Shown here one piece after another: positions 8,980-17,925 of a stretch of DNA of 20,000 bases; within the stretch, counting starts at the first letter, position 1; each line of letters starts with the position of its first letter. The notes under the pieces are model-generated. The model was given only the letters and a program-made list of their open reading frames with translations, searched no databases and was not told where the DNA came from. A program made the position numbers and the translations under genes. This stretch comes from Candidatus Latescibacterota bacterium. GTDB taxonomy: Bacteria > Latescibacterota > UBA2968 > UBA8231. The DNA lies in NCBI GenBank assembly GCA_965219385.1, contig CBDCNM010000002.1, positions 2,840,305 through 2,860,304 on the forward strand. Direction: 5' to 3'.

Positions 8980-10056
8980 CTACCTTTCGGTCCCTGAAGT
9001 TCCCCTGGCTACCTTGACCTTGGAGCGGTTCCGCAGTGTTTCGAATCCCTCCACGACCAGCTGCTCGTCCACCTCCAGGCCACTGAGCACCTCGATTTCC
9101 AGGCGATTGCTCAATCCCGTCTCCAGCCGGCGCTCCAGAGCCAGTCCCTTCTCCACCACGAACACGCCCCTGTTGTCCCCCCGGTCGAGGACGACCTCCT
9201 TGGGGATCACCACGGCCGAGTCCTTGGCGGCCACCACGATGTCCACCTTCACGAACATGCCGGGACGGATCGCCAGCGAGTCGTTGGCGATGCTCAAGGT
9301 CGACTTGAACATGCGGCTCTCCTCGTCCAGCACGGGCGACACCTGCTCGATATGACCGATCAGGGTATCCACCGCCGCGGTGCCGTAGTGGGTCACCAGG
9401 GCTGTCTGCCCTGGCTGTACCCGGTTGATCTCCTTGCCCGGGAGGGACACTTCGGTGTAGAGCACGGCGTATTCCATGATCCGCCCGATCGGCCCCCCGG
9501 TTTCCAGCAGCTGCCCGGAGCTGTGGTGCTCCAGGTCTACCAGCACGCCGTCGAAGGGGGCGCGGACCTCGAGTTTGGCCAGCTGCAGCTCGGCATTCTC
9601 CAGACTGTAGCGCGCATCGATGAAAGCCCGCTCCGCCGCGGTGAGTTCCCGCAGGGTGATACCCCCCTTCTCGAATATGGCCTGCTCCTTCTCGTATTCC
9701 CGCAGCGCCGCGGTGAACGCCAGTTTCTTCGAGTCGATGCCGACCTGGTTCACCAGCTCCGGATTTTCCAGCATCGCGATCAGCTCGCCCTCCGGCACGT
9801 GATCCCCCATGGCGTAGGGTGCGCCGGTGCGCGGGTTGGCTTGCGGCTGGTACAGGCCCGCCTGCAGACACTGCAGCTGGGCCTCCCGCGTGGCCTGCGC
9901 CGTACTGGTGGCGGTCACGTATTCGGCGATCGGTCGTCGGGTGACCATCTCGACCCTCACCGGAATGGCGGATTCGATGTCGATCTGGGGGCCCTCTTCT
10001 TCACAGCTGCACAGCACTGCGGCCAACAGCGCGGCGGGAATCTGTCGAGGCTTCAT
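8980..10056 (-). CDS. RND periplasmic adaptor (membrane fusion protein), probable lipoprotein (358 aa)
   Basis: Lipobox-like LAAVLCS-C; helical hairpin followed by EVRAPFDGV; IRPGMFVKV; IPKEVV; EVLSGLEVDEQLVVEG; ATGA overlap with the TolC stop. Confidence 0.93.
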   Translation of the reverse strand: MKPRQIPAALLAAVLCSCEEEGPQIDIESAIPVRVEMVTRRPIAEYVTATSTAQATREAQLQCLQAGLYQPQANPRTGAPYAMGDHVPEGELIAMLENPELVNQVGIDSKKLAFTAALREYEKEQAIFEKGGITLRELTAAERAFIDARYSLENAELQLAKLEVRAPFDGVLVDLEHHSSGQLLETGGPIGRIMEYAVLYTEVSLPGKEINRVQPGQTALVTHYGTAAVDTLIGHIEQVSPVLDEESRMFKSTLSIANDSLAIRPGMFVKVDIVVAAKDSAVVIPKEVVLDRGDNRGVFVVEKGLALERRLETGLSNRLEIEVLSGLEVDEQLVVEGFETLRNRSKVKVARGTSGTER

Positions 10057-11561
10057 CGGTCGGTCTCCTGGTCCTGGCCGAACTCCTTGACGGGTTCGTC
10101 GCGGACGAAGTCGTACAGGGTGCGGATCTTGAGATTCAGGAGGGCGAGGCGGTAGTTGATCAGCACGCCGATCTGGTTGATCTGTTCCCGCGACAACTGG
10201 TTCTGGTAATCGGCGATGTCCTTCGACGACAGATCCCCGTTCCGGTAGCGCTCCAGGTTGATTTCGTAGGTCTGGCGGGCATTGATCACGTTCTTTTCGG
10301 CGATCTCGATGCGCGTTTTCTGGGACTGCAGATTCCGGTGCGCTTGGCGGATCTCGGCCGTGATGCGCTTGCGCTCCTCCGCGGCGGACAGCTCGGAGCG
10401 GGCCACTGACTCCTGGGCGGCGGCCATTCGATGTTGCTTCTCGCCCCAGTCGAACAGGGGCAGGTTGAAGGTCACGGTTACCCGCTGGTTGCGCGTGGGT
10501 TCGGCGTAGATGCGGTCGAGATTCTCGTCGGTGCCGATCAGGCCGAAGGTCAGATCCAGCGATCCCTTGAACTCGTTCTGTGCATCCGTGGTGATCAGGC
10601 CCTGCATGGCGTTCTCGATGGCGATGTCCCGCTGGCGTAGTTCCATCCGGTTTGCCAGGCCGTGGACCAGCGCCTGCTTCAGGTCCACCGCCACCAGTTC
10701 CTTGCGCACGTCCGCGGAAACCCTCAGGTCCGGATCCAGGGGCAGGCCCAGCAGGAGCTTGAAGTCGTCGAGGGCATTGGCGTACTGAAGCTGCACACTC
10801 TCCAGACTACCGCGGGCGTTGGCCCGCGTCAGGTCGGCCTGCAGCAACTGCTCCCTGGCGGTGATCCCCGCCCGCACCTTGCTCTCGATGATCTCGTAGC
10901 GCTCGGCGGCGTTCACCAGTTCCTCCCGGACGATGTCTACGTTGCGCTGCTTCAGGTACAGGTCCAGGAACAGCTGCGTTGCCTGGCTTTCGATCTGCAG
11001 CCGTTGCAAGGCGTAGCTCAGCTGCGCATTTTCCAGCGCCAGCTCCAGCTGCTTCAGGTTCAGCCTGGTGCGGTTGTAGGTGAACAACGGCTGGGAATAG
11101 CGCAGGAAAAGCTGGTTGTTGTAGGTTTGCCGCTCGTCCCCGCCCGCAAAGCTGCTGGACGACCGGCGCCAGTCCAGGGACTGGACCACGCTCAGGGTGC
11201 CGTCGGTGCGTTCGAGTGGCTGCTGGATGGTAAACGCGGCGCCCAGGTGCGTCTGCTCCTGGGTGTTGTATTGCGACGCCAGGGGGCTGAAGACCCGGTC
11301 TTTGGAAAACTCGTAGGGCGTCACGGTCAGGCCGAACCGGGACTTGAGCGCCGCGCGCTGCGCCTCCAGGTTGCGGCGGCTGATCTCCAGGTTGTGCCGC
11401 GCCTCCTGGATCGCCGGGCTGCGGTCGAAGGCGATCTCCAGGGCCTGGTCGAGCACCAGGGGCTCGGCCCTGGCGGCCCCTGCCATCAGCAAGCCTGCGG
11501 CAAAGGCACCGGCCAACCACCGCCGGCGTCGATCCTCTCTTCTATCCCGTCGTCGGTTCAT
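10053..11561 (-). CDS. TolC-family outer membrane efflux protein (502 aa)
   Basis: Start moved to the ATG at 11561 (ATGA overlap with the upstream stop; GGAG upstream). Signal peptide ending AARA|E; LDQALEIAF, YSQPLF, FNLPLFDWG and ERYRNG are OEP-repeat hallmarks. Confidence 0.92.
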   Translation of the reverse strand: MNRRRDRREDRRRRWLAGAFAAGLLMAGAARAEPLVLDQALEIAFDRSPAIQEARHNLEISRRNLEAQRAALKSRFGLTVTPYEFSKDRVFSPLASQYNTQEQTHLGAAFTIQQPLERTDGTLSVVQSLDWRRSSSSFAGGDERQTYNNQLFLRYSQPLFTYNRTRLNLKQLELALENAQLSYALQRLQIESQATQLFLDLYLKQRNVDIVREELVNAAERYEIIESKVRAGITAREQLLQADLTRANARGSLESVQLQYANALDDFKLLLGLPLDPDLRVSADVRKELVAVDLKQALVHGLANRMELRQRDIAIENAMQGLITTDAQNEFKGSLDLTFGLIGTDENLDRIYAEPTRNQRVTVTFNLPLFDWGEKQHRMAAAQESVARSELSAAEERKRITAEIRQAHRNLQSQKTRIEIAEKNVINARQTYEINLERYRNGDLSSKDIADYQNQLSREQINQIGVLINYRLALLNLKIRTLYDFVRDEPVKEFGQDQETDR

Positions 11562-14500
11562 GGTCTCTCCACCCATTTCACCGCGTCGGCGATTACCATG
11601 CGTCCCTGGCCGCGGTCCGTCATCTCCACGTGGGCCGGCCCGGCGGCCAGTCGGTAGGTGCCGATGTGGTTCCAGCCCTCCTCGACCTGTGCCAGGTCCA
11701 GCTCTACGGGCTCGACGCCGCCATCGTGATAGACCTGGAGATTCACGCTGCTGTCGTTCGTCCAGCGTCTCCGCCGCTGTCGTCCATGTCGCATCTGATT
11801 CAACGGCCCGCAGTAGAAGTAGAGCTCGTAGTTGCCGGCGCGATTGACCTGGGTCCGCCAGGAGACGATGCTGCGGCCGTCGCTCGTCCGCTTGTAGTAC
11901 CCGGAGAGTACGAACTGCCCGTAGAACCCGCGGTCGGTGGTCGGCTGCCAGGTGCCGGGTGGGTCCCACCAGCTCAGACCCACGTACGGCACCTCCCGCG
12001 CGCCCAGATCCAAAAGGTCGACCAGCATCCGCCGCAGCCAGTTGGCCTGCTCCGGTTCGTGCACCAGAAACCCCTCGTCTTCGTTGTCCACCACGTATTC
12101 CACGACCTCGGCAGGGGCGTCATCGGCCAGGAGCATGGCCTCCTCGCCCGCGAACGGCCGGGCCCGGCGACGCAGCTTCTGCTCGGCAAAGGGGATGTTG
12201 ATCACCGCCGGGATATTGCGGGAAACGTAGGTGTCCAGCACCATCTCGGCCGCGGGTCGGTCCAGGAGAATGCCGATCTTCACACGAGTTCCGGCCGGCA
12301 TCGAAACCACCTGCTCATACCCTTGCGGCCGCCCCCGCTGGAGCCACCAGGGCTCGATCTTGGTCTCGCGGTAGCGGAAGCCGACCTCCACCAGCCCATC
12401 CACCTCGGTCGGGTTGCTCACCTCCATTTCCACCTGGGTCCTGGTGCGCTCCCCGTCGAGCACCAGATACGATTCGACGCTCTCTACCTCGTACCCGGGC
12501 AGCTCCGAAGATCGATACCAGCGCTCGATCAACGGCTCGGGTTCGCGGCTGCTGAACCCGGTTATCAACTGGATCAGTTCTTGCTCTGACAGGCCCCGGT
12601 AACGGCTGTCCGTTGCGGCCGCTGTCAGGCGCGCGCCAAACGCCTCGAACCCCAGTTCGGCCGCGAACAGCTGCAAAAGATGGCGCCCCTTGGCATGGAG
12701 CGCCGCCTCGCGGATGTGCCGCGGGCGCTCCGTATCCTGCAGCAGTTCGGCCAATCCCACCTCCTTGAGCGCCAGGTTGGCCTCTTCAGTAGTGGTCAGG
12801 CCGCTCCACGCGCCGAGGCGGGTTTTGGGCGGTGCCACTCGTTCCCTGAAATAGGATTCGAAGGCGTAGTTGAGCACCGGCCAGCGGCTTGACGACAGGT
12901 GGGTGACATACGAAAGGAAGCAGGGCAACACCTTGTAGCGGGTTTCCAGGTTCGGATTTTGGTCGATCTGGCTCCAGCGCGGCGCCTGCAGTCCCAGCAG
13001 GTCCAGGGTCGCGAAGGTGCGGACGTAGTCGCTCTGCAGGGCCTCGGCCGACTCGACTTGGTTGGCCCGTTCCTGGCTGTAGCGAGCCCTGCGTTTCTGC
13101 CGCCGGAAGTCGCAGCCCTCGCACAGGGTGCCCATTTCGGGCAGGAACACCAACTCCGGCTGCACCGACTCCTGAGCGACCGTCCACAGGCGATGGTAGG
13201 CGAAAAACTGGATGGGCGCCTCGACCAGGGAGAACCGTGGGTGCGGGTATTCCATCCCCAGCGCCACCTCGTATTCGTTTCTCAGCTCCGCGATCAACCC
13301 GGGCAGGGCCCCGGTCACCGAGTCCAGGTAGGCGTCGAAGTAGTTGTGCCCCGGATGGATGGCAAGGGTGTAGGTGACCTCGTCCACCGTCAACTGCCGG
13401 ACTTCGTACTGGCCCATGGTCAGCGACACCTGGGGCAGTGGGTGATCCGTGATAAAGCGGTGCACCCCCGCCAGCGAGTCGACCTGGACCGCGCCCTGAG
13501 AGAATGCCGTCCAACCCTCCGGCACCGCCACCGAGATCTGGTAGCGGGCGTAGTCCCGGTGACCGGGCCTGGGGAAAGCGGTTCCCAGGGGCAACCCGCC
13601 CCGCGGGTACCAGCCGGCCTCCGGCGTCAGGTGCAGGAAGTCGGTTGTGACGGCGGCGTAGATCTTGGGAATGGTGTGGAGAAAAAACCGGTAGGCACCC
13701 TCGTAGCGCTCGCGTTCCACATCCAGGTAGCAGAAGCGTTGATCAATGCTACCGGCGTAGGCGATCCGCAGCCGACAGGTGTCTCCATTTGCCAGGGCGG
13801 CCGGCGGCGCCACGTGCAGTATGTGCTCGTTGCGACGGAAGGCGAGCGCCACCCCTTCCGCTGCTATTTCTTCAACCTTCAGACCAGGGTTCAGGGTGAA
13901 CACCAGGGTGTCCAGCGCCCCCTGGTTCCGGTTGGTCACCGCCAGGTCGACCGCCAGCGCCAGATGCTCTCCGGCGTGCTCCACCTCCAGGCGGCACTCC
14001 ACGACGGTGGGAGCGGGCCGTTCCGCTGCCGCGGCGCTCACTTGGCGCAGCTTCTCCCGGTACTCGAGCGCGGCCCATTGAGATCGCATGTAGGTAGTCC
14101 CCGTCCACGCAGCCCCTCCCAGGCAGGCGACCGCGGCCAGCCCGGTGGCGACGTTGGCCAGCTTCGACTGGGGCAGGCGGCTGCTCAACAGGGGCGTCAC
14201 TGCGATACAGGCCAGGCCGAAGAGCAGGTGGGTCGAACGGACCAGGAGGAGTTGCCGCTGGTTGCCCGCCCCCACGAAGTCCGACCACATCAGCGGGATG
14301 TGAAAAGCGAAAAAGTCGAAGAAATAGAAATAACGGTCGCCCAGCACCGTGAGGGAGAGGATGCCGAGCCCCACCAAAAGTACCAGCACCACGGCCTGGC
14401 TTCGCAGCAAGGTCACCAGCATCATCGCCAGACCGATGGTGAAGATCAGGGTGGGCAACGCTGCCGCCAGGACGGCCAGGGCGTAGGGCGGCCAGGTGAA

Positions 14501-14920
14501 CGGCGCCGGGGCGTAGAACCGGTGCAGCACCCCCGCCACCACCAGCACGGCCAGTTCGAGCGCCGCAAACACCGTCACCACCCCGAGGATCTTGCCGGCC
14601 ACGTAGTCCAGATTGGAGAAAGAGTGGACGAACAGGGTCTGCGCGGTGTCCTCGCGACGATCGCGCTTGACGAATTCCGTCGCCAGGAAAGCGGCCACCA
14701 CGCCCAGGTAGAGGTTGAGGAGCTTGACGTTGCCCAGCGGGAACCCGCCGGGCAGCGACACTAAGAGGTGGGGCCTATTCACGGCCGGCGAGCTCATGCC
14801 CAGGTTGTAGAAGAACAGGAAGAATACGGCCAGGCCGAGAGAGAGGCGGAAGGTCCACGAGCGCCACAGCAGACGGGCCTCACACAGGGCGATGGTTCCT
14901 ATGGCGCTCGGGTTGATCAC
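11558..14920 (-). CDS. Large ABC-2-type permease with M1-aminopeptidase-like extracytoplasmic region (no HExxH) and C-terminal golvesin/xanthan-lyase-like beta domain (~1120 aa)
   Basis: Likely GTG start at 14920, 8 nt after the ATPase stop (the longer ORF overlaps the ATPase by >200 nt). N-terminal TMs with RDRREDTAQTLFVHSFSNLDYVAGK coupling motif; M1-like FTLNPGLKV, IAYAG, GWYP, VPEGW, YPHPRFSLVE, RWY...LP; C-terminal VVDNED...GWNHIGTYRL...VIADAVKW. Confidence 0.8.
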   Translation of the reverse strand: MINPSAIGTIALCEARLLWRSWTFRLSLGLAVFFLFFYNLGMSSPAVNRPHLLVSLPGGFPLGNVKLLNLYLGVVAAFLATEFVKRDRREDTAQTLFVHSFSNLDYVAGKILGVVTVFAALELAVLVVAGVLHRFYAPAPFTWPPYALAVLAAALPTLIFTIGLAMMLVTLLRSQAVVLVLLVGLGILSLTVLGDRYFYFFDFFAFHIPLMWSDFVGAGNQRQLLLVRSTHLLFGLACIAVTPLLSSRLPQSKLANVATGLAAVACLGGAAWTGTTYMRSQWAALEYREKLRQVSAAAAERPAPTVVECRLEVEHAGEHLALAVDLAVTNRNQGALDTLVFTLNPGLKVEEIAAEGVALAFRRNEHILHVAPPAALANGDTCRLRIAYAGSIDQRFCYLDVERERYEGAYRFFLHTIPKIYAAVTTDFLHLTPEAGWYPRGGLPLGTAFPRPGHRDYARYQISVAVPEGWTAFSQGAVQVDSLAGVHRFITDHPLPQVSLTMGQYEVRQLTVDEVTYTLAIHPGHNYFDAYLDSVTGALPGLIAELRNEYEVALGMEYPHPRFSLVEAPIQFFAYHRLWTVAQESVQPELVFLPEMGTLCEGCDFRRQKRRARYSQERANQVESAEALQSDYVRTFATLDLLGLQAPRWSQIDQNPNLETRYKVLPCFLSYVTHLSSSRWPVLNYAFESYFRERVAPPKTRLGAWSGLTTTEEANLALKEVGLAELLQDTERPRHIREAALHAKGRHLLQLFAAELGFEAFGARLTAAATDSRYRGLSEQELIQLITGFSSREPEPLIERWYRSSELPGYEVESVESYLVLDGERTRTQVEMEVSNPTEVDGLVEVGFRYRETKIEPWWLQRGRPQGYEQVVSMPAGTRVKIGILLDRPAAEMVLDTYVSRNIPAVINIPFAEQKLRRRARPFAGEEAMLLADDAPAEVVEYVVDNEDEGFLVHEPEQANWLRRMLVDLLDLGAREVPYVGLSWWDPPGTWQPTTDRGFYGQFVLSGYYKRTSDGRSIVSWRTQVNRAGNYELYFYCGPLNQMRHGRQRRRRWTNDSSVNLQVYHDGGVEPVELDLAQVEEGWNHIGTYRLAAGPAHVEMTDRGQGRMVIADAVKWVERP

Positions 14921-14928
14921 GGCCGGCC

Positions 14929-15837
14929 TCAGCCCTCGAGCGTCCCTTCCAGGCTCATGTCCTGGCCGATCGACTGCATGTAGTGGATGTAGGCGTCCTC
15001 CAGGTTGGGGTCCAGCCTCTCGGCTCCCGTTCCTGGTGGGGCGTCGGCCACAAGGCGCACCTCGTAGCCCTCTGTGGCCGGCACCATCGATACCACCGGA
15101 TAGCGTTCCTTGAGGCCGTCCACATCTGCGTAGGTGGCCGCCATCTTCCACACTTTGCCCCTGGCCCTGGCCACCAGATCCGTGGGCGCGCCGTTGAAAA
15201 CGATCTCCCCCTCATGCAGCAACGCCAGATCTGTACAGGTGGATGAGATGTCGCCGACGATGTGGGTCGACAGAATGATCGCGATCTCCCCCCGAGCCAG
15301 GTCGGCCAGCAAATTGCGGAAGCGCAACCGCTCCTGCGGGTCCAACCCGACGGTGGGCTCGTCTACCACCATGATCGACGGATCGCCGATCAGGGTCTGG
15401 GCAATCCCGAGCCGTCGCTTCATGCCGCCCGACAGCTTGCTGGCCGACCGGTCTCTCACGTCGAACAAGCCGACCTGTTCCAGCAGCCGGTCCACCCTCT
15501 CCCGCCGCTCCCGCTTCCGCCGCAGACCAGCCAGCGCGGCGCCATAGTCCAAAAACTCCCAGGTCGCCAGCTTTGGAAAGCGGCTGAAGTCCTGGGAAAG
15601 GTAGCCGATCATCCGCCGGATCTGGGCCCGGTCCCGCCGCAGATCCAGGTCGTCGAACCGCACCTGGCCCGAAGTCGGCTTGAGCAAGGTCACCAGGATC
15701 TGCATCAGGGTGGTCTTGCCGGCGCCGTTGGGCCCCAGCAGACCGAACATGCCATTGCCGATCACCAGGTCCACCTCGCGCAGGGCATATTTTCCGTCTC
15801 GGTAGCGCTTGCTCAGCTGCTGGATTTCAATACGCAA
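14929..15837 (-). CDS. ABC transporter ATP-binding protein, ABC-2/drug-exporter type (302 aa)
   Basis: GPNGAGKT, LSGGMKRR, IMVVDEPT, STH, C-terminal PNLEDAY; TTG start with AGGAG upstream. Confidence 0.95.
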   Translation of the reverse strand: MRIEIQQLSKRYRDGKYALREVDLVIGNGMFGLLGPNGAGKTTLMQILVTLLKPTSGQVRFDDLDLRRDRAQIRRMIGYLSQDFSRFPKLATWEFLDYGAALAGLRRKRERRERVDRLLEQVGLFDVRDRSASKLSGGMKRRLGIAQTLIGDPSIMVVDEPTVGLDPQERLRFRNLLADLARGEIAIILSTHIVGDISSTCTDLALLHEGEIVFNGAPTDLVARARGKVWKMAATYADVDGLKERYPVVSMVPATEGYEVRLVADAPPGTGAERLDPNLEDAYIHYMQSIGQDMSLEGTLEG

Positions 15838-15879
15838 TCGGGATGTCTCCTAAGGAAGGAAGCCTTCTCTATGCCCTTA

Positions 15880-15909
15880 AACTTACCTTTGAAACGTGAC
15901 CAATGTCAA
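15880..15909 (-). promoter_or_regulatory. Candidate sigma70 promoter for the transport operon
   Basis: On the minus strand: TTGACA (15909-15904), 18-nt spacer, TAAGTT (15885-15880), in an AT-richer intergenic gap ~40 nt upstream of the ATPase start. Confidence 0.55.
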
Positions 15910-15955
15910 TAGCAAGAACCATGCTGCCTGGTGGAGCCCTGCCGCATAGTGGCCG

Positions 15956-17638
15956 TCAAGAGGCAGGTGTTTGGCGGTCGGATCCGGAGAGGGGTATCAC
16001 CCTCACGTCTATCTCATCGACGACGATTTCGCCGGTCAACCCGGCTCTGGGCGTGGCCAGGTGGATACCCAGGAAGTTATCGCCGTCGATGGCGATGTCC
16101 GGTGTCAGATCGAAGATGAGGGTAGAGTACGGCGGCAGCGGTCTACCGATATTGACGGAGCGCCCGTCGGCGTGCCAGGTCCGCCGGATCGTTGCAGAGG
16201 GGATCGGGAATCCGTTCATCTCGATCTGTACTTGCTCGTCCGCTTGCAGTCCCTGGGCGCGGATCGCAATGTAGGCATGGCGGATGTTGACCGCCTTCTC
16301 ACAGAGGCGCAGGCGGTACTCCTGACGCTGGCCGGGCCTGGACCGCGCCAGCACTATCTTGTCGTCCTTGATAGCGCCGGTGGCCGCCATGCCAGGGGCA
16401 CCGTGGTAGTCTACTCCACCCAGCATCGAACGAAACAGATAGGTGCGTGCTGCAGCCGCAAGCTTGTCCGGCTCCTTGAGATCAGCCAGCATGGCCAGTT
16501 CGCCGGGAAAGTTGCCGATCAAATTGCCGGTGTAGTGCTCCTGGAAGTTGAAGATAGAGATGCCGTCCGCACCGGCACCATACATGTTGTTGGCGATGGC
16601 CCGGTAGTGCTCGCTCTTCATGGGATTGAGGTAAACCCGCGACTGGAAGGCGATGTGCTCTTCGGTTCCGCTCTTCTTGCCGGTGAACGACCAGGGGGTG
16701 GGGTCGCTGCGGGCGTCGGTGGCGCTGCAGAACGGCAGGATGCCCGGGAACAGGCGGCATTGCGCGTCCTGCGTCAACTCGAAAAACTCCTCCCACCGGG
16801 CGTTGGGGTTGGCGTACATGGCTTCGCTGGGGCTGACATAGCTGATGAGGTCATCCGCGATCCAGGTGGGGATATCGAGGCCGCAATCGTGGCACTCGTC
16901 GATGGTCTCCGGCACCCGCACACCCAGCAGTAGCTCCCTGCCGCGCTGCCGGCCGTAGTGGTCCAGCATCTTGCGGATGCGTCCGATAAGCTCGGTCATC
17001 AGGGGCTGGCGCTGGCGGGATATGGACCGGGGATGGGGAAAGTGATTGCAGCTGCGAAAGGTAATCTCGATGCCGTCGATGTCGAAGCGGCGCGCGATCT
17101 CCTCGATGGCTTCGAAGTGATAGTCCCGCACTTTTGCGAAGGAAAAGTCCAGGAGGTTACCCGGCTTTTTGAGCGGAGAGGGCGGCAAGTCCACGAGCTT
17201 GTACTGGGGATGGTCGTGAAACCATCGAGCCGCCTGCGACGGGGCGCCGTGGTCGTCGCCGAAGCGCGCACCAGCGATGAATTTCATCCCGCGCTGGTGC
17301 GCCCGTTCGCAAAAGATATCGATGGGATTGATGCCCTGGTCCAGCAGGGGAATCCAGCGCTGGTGCTGCGGACGCTGGTCGTATTCGTACCTGTCGGAGC
17401 GGAAATGCAGGACCCATCCCTGCCCGAAGACCTCCTGCCCCAACACGTCGGCCCCGCTGAGCGCGAAGTCGTCCACCAGACGATGGATCTGCTCAGGGGT
17501 CGCCGGGTCGGAGGTATAGGGTTCGCGGGCATAGCTGGAAAGGTCGGCCATGAACAGTAGCCGGATGTCACCCTGCGGGGCGCATGGGCGCGGCCCAGGA
17601 GGGGTGTTGGCGGAATCATGTCCATCCCTGTTTGTCAT
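15956..17638 (-). CDS. Glycoside-hydrolase-like TIM-barrel protein (GHL10/DUF187-like) with C-terminal beta domain, no signal peptide (560 aa)
   Basis: ERAHQRGMKF, WFHDHPQY, LDFSFAKVRDY...EEIARRFDIDGIEITFR, GLDIPTWI and GADGISIFN fit this family; GGAGG upstream of the start. Confidence 0.65.
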   Translation of the reverse strand: MTNRDGHDSANTPPGPRPCAPQGDIRLLFMADLSSYAREPYTSDPATPEQIHRLVDDFALSGADVLGQEVFGQGWVLHFRSDRYEYDQRPQHQRWIPLLDQGINPIDIFCERAHQRGMKFIAGARFGDDHGAPSQAARWFHDHPQYKLVDLPPSPLKKPGNLLDFSFAKVRDYHFEAIEEIARRFDIDGIEITFRSCNHFPHPRSISRQRQPLMTELIGRIRKMLDHYGRQRGRELLLGVRVPETIDECHDCGLDIPTWIADDLISYVSPSEAMYANPNARWEEFFELTQDAQCRLFPGILPFCSATDARSDPTPWSFTGKKSGTEEHIAFQSRVYLNPMKSEHYRAIANNMYGAGADGISIFNFQEHYTGNLIGNFPGELAMLADLKEPDKLAAAARTYLFRSMLGGVDYHGAPGMAATGAIKDDKIVLARSRPGQRQEYRLRLCEKAVNIRHAYIAIRAQGLQADEQVQIEMNGFPIPSATIRRTWHADGRSVNIGRPLPPYSTLIFDLTPDIAIDGDNFLGIHLATPRAGLTGEIVVDEIDVRVIPLSGSDRQTPAS

Positions 17639-17889
17639 TGATCCTCCGGTTCCGGTGTTTGCGGTGCAGTGCGCCGCTGCATCCTAGAGCTCCAGGAGCA
17701 TGTCGTGGTTGTGTGGTTCGACCAGAAGTCGGCCGGGGGCCAGTCTAGTGGAAGGCCACGGTCGGCATAGCGCTCGCCGCCTGTAGAAAGCAATACCCGG
17801 GCTTGAAGTTCGGCGCCCTCGGGAAGATACAGGGTGCGGGACACGAGCCCGGGGCCGGTGGTTATGGCTTCTCTGGCCAGGGGTTCCAA
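17635..17889 (-). CDS. Short hypothetical ORF or gene remnant (84 aa)
   Basis: AGGAGG 6 nt before the TTG start; ATGA overlap with the next gene; fills the intergenic gap. No recognisable domain. Confidence 0.35.
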   Translation of the reverse strand: MEPLAREAITTGPGLVSRTLYLPEGAELQARVLLSTGGERYADRGLPLDWPPADFWSNHTTTTCSWSSRMQRRTAPQTPEPEDQ

Positions 17890-17925
17890 CTCAGTCCTCC
17901 TGCGGCAGTCAACCAGACACTGGTC

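Noticed and set aside
11470..11561. Twin-arginine (Tat) signal on TolC
   Set aside because: Arg-rich but lacks a clear S/T-RR-x-FL consensus; outer membrane barrel proteins normally use Sec.
11562..11969. 136-aa N-terminal extension of TolC in the ORF track
   Set aside because: Overlaps the upstream gene; the ATG at 11561 has an ATGA overlap and is followed by a signal peptide.
14921..15151. 77-aa N-terminal extension of the large permease
   Set aside because: Overlaps the ATPase gene and is low-complexity; GTG 14920 fits the operon spacing.
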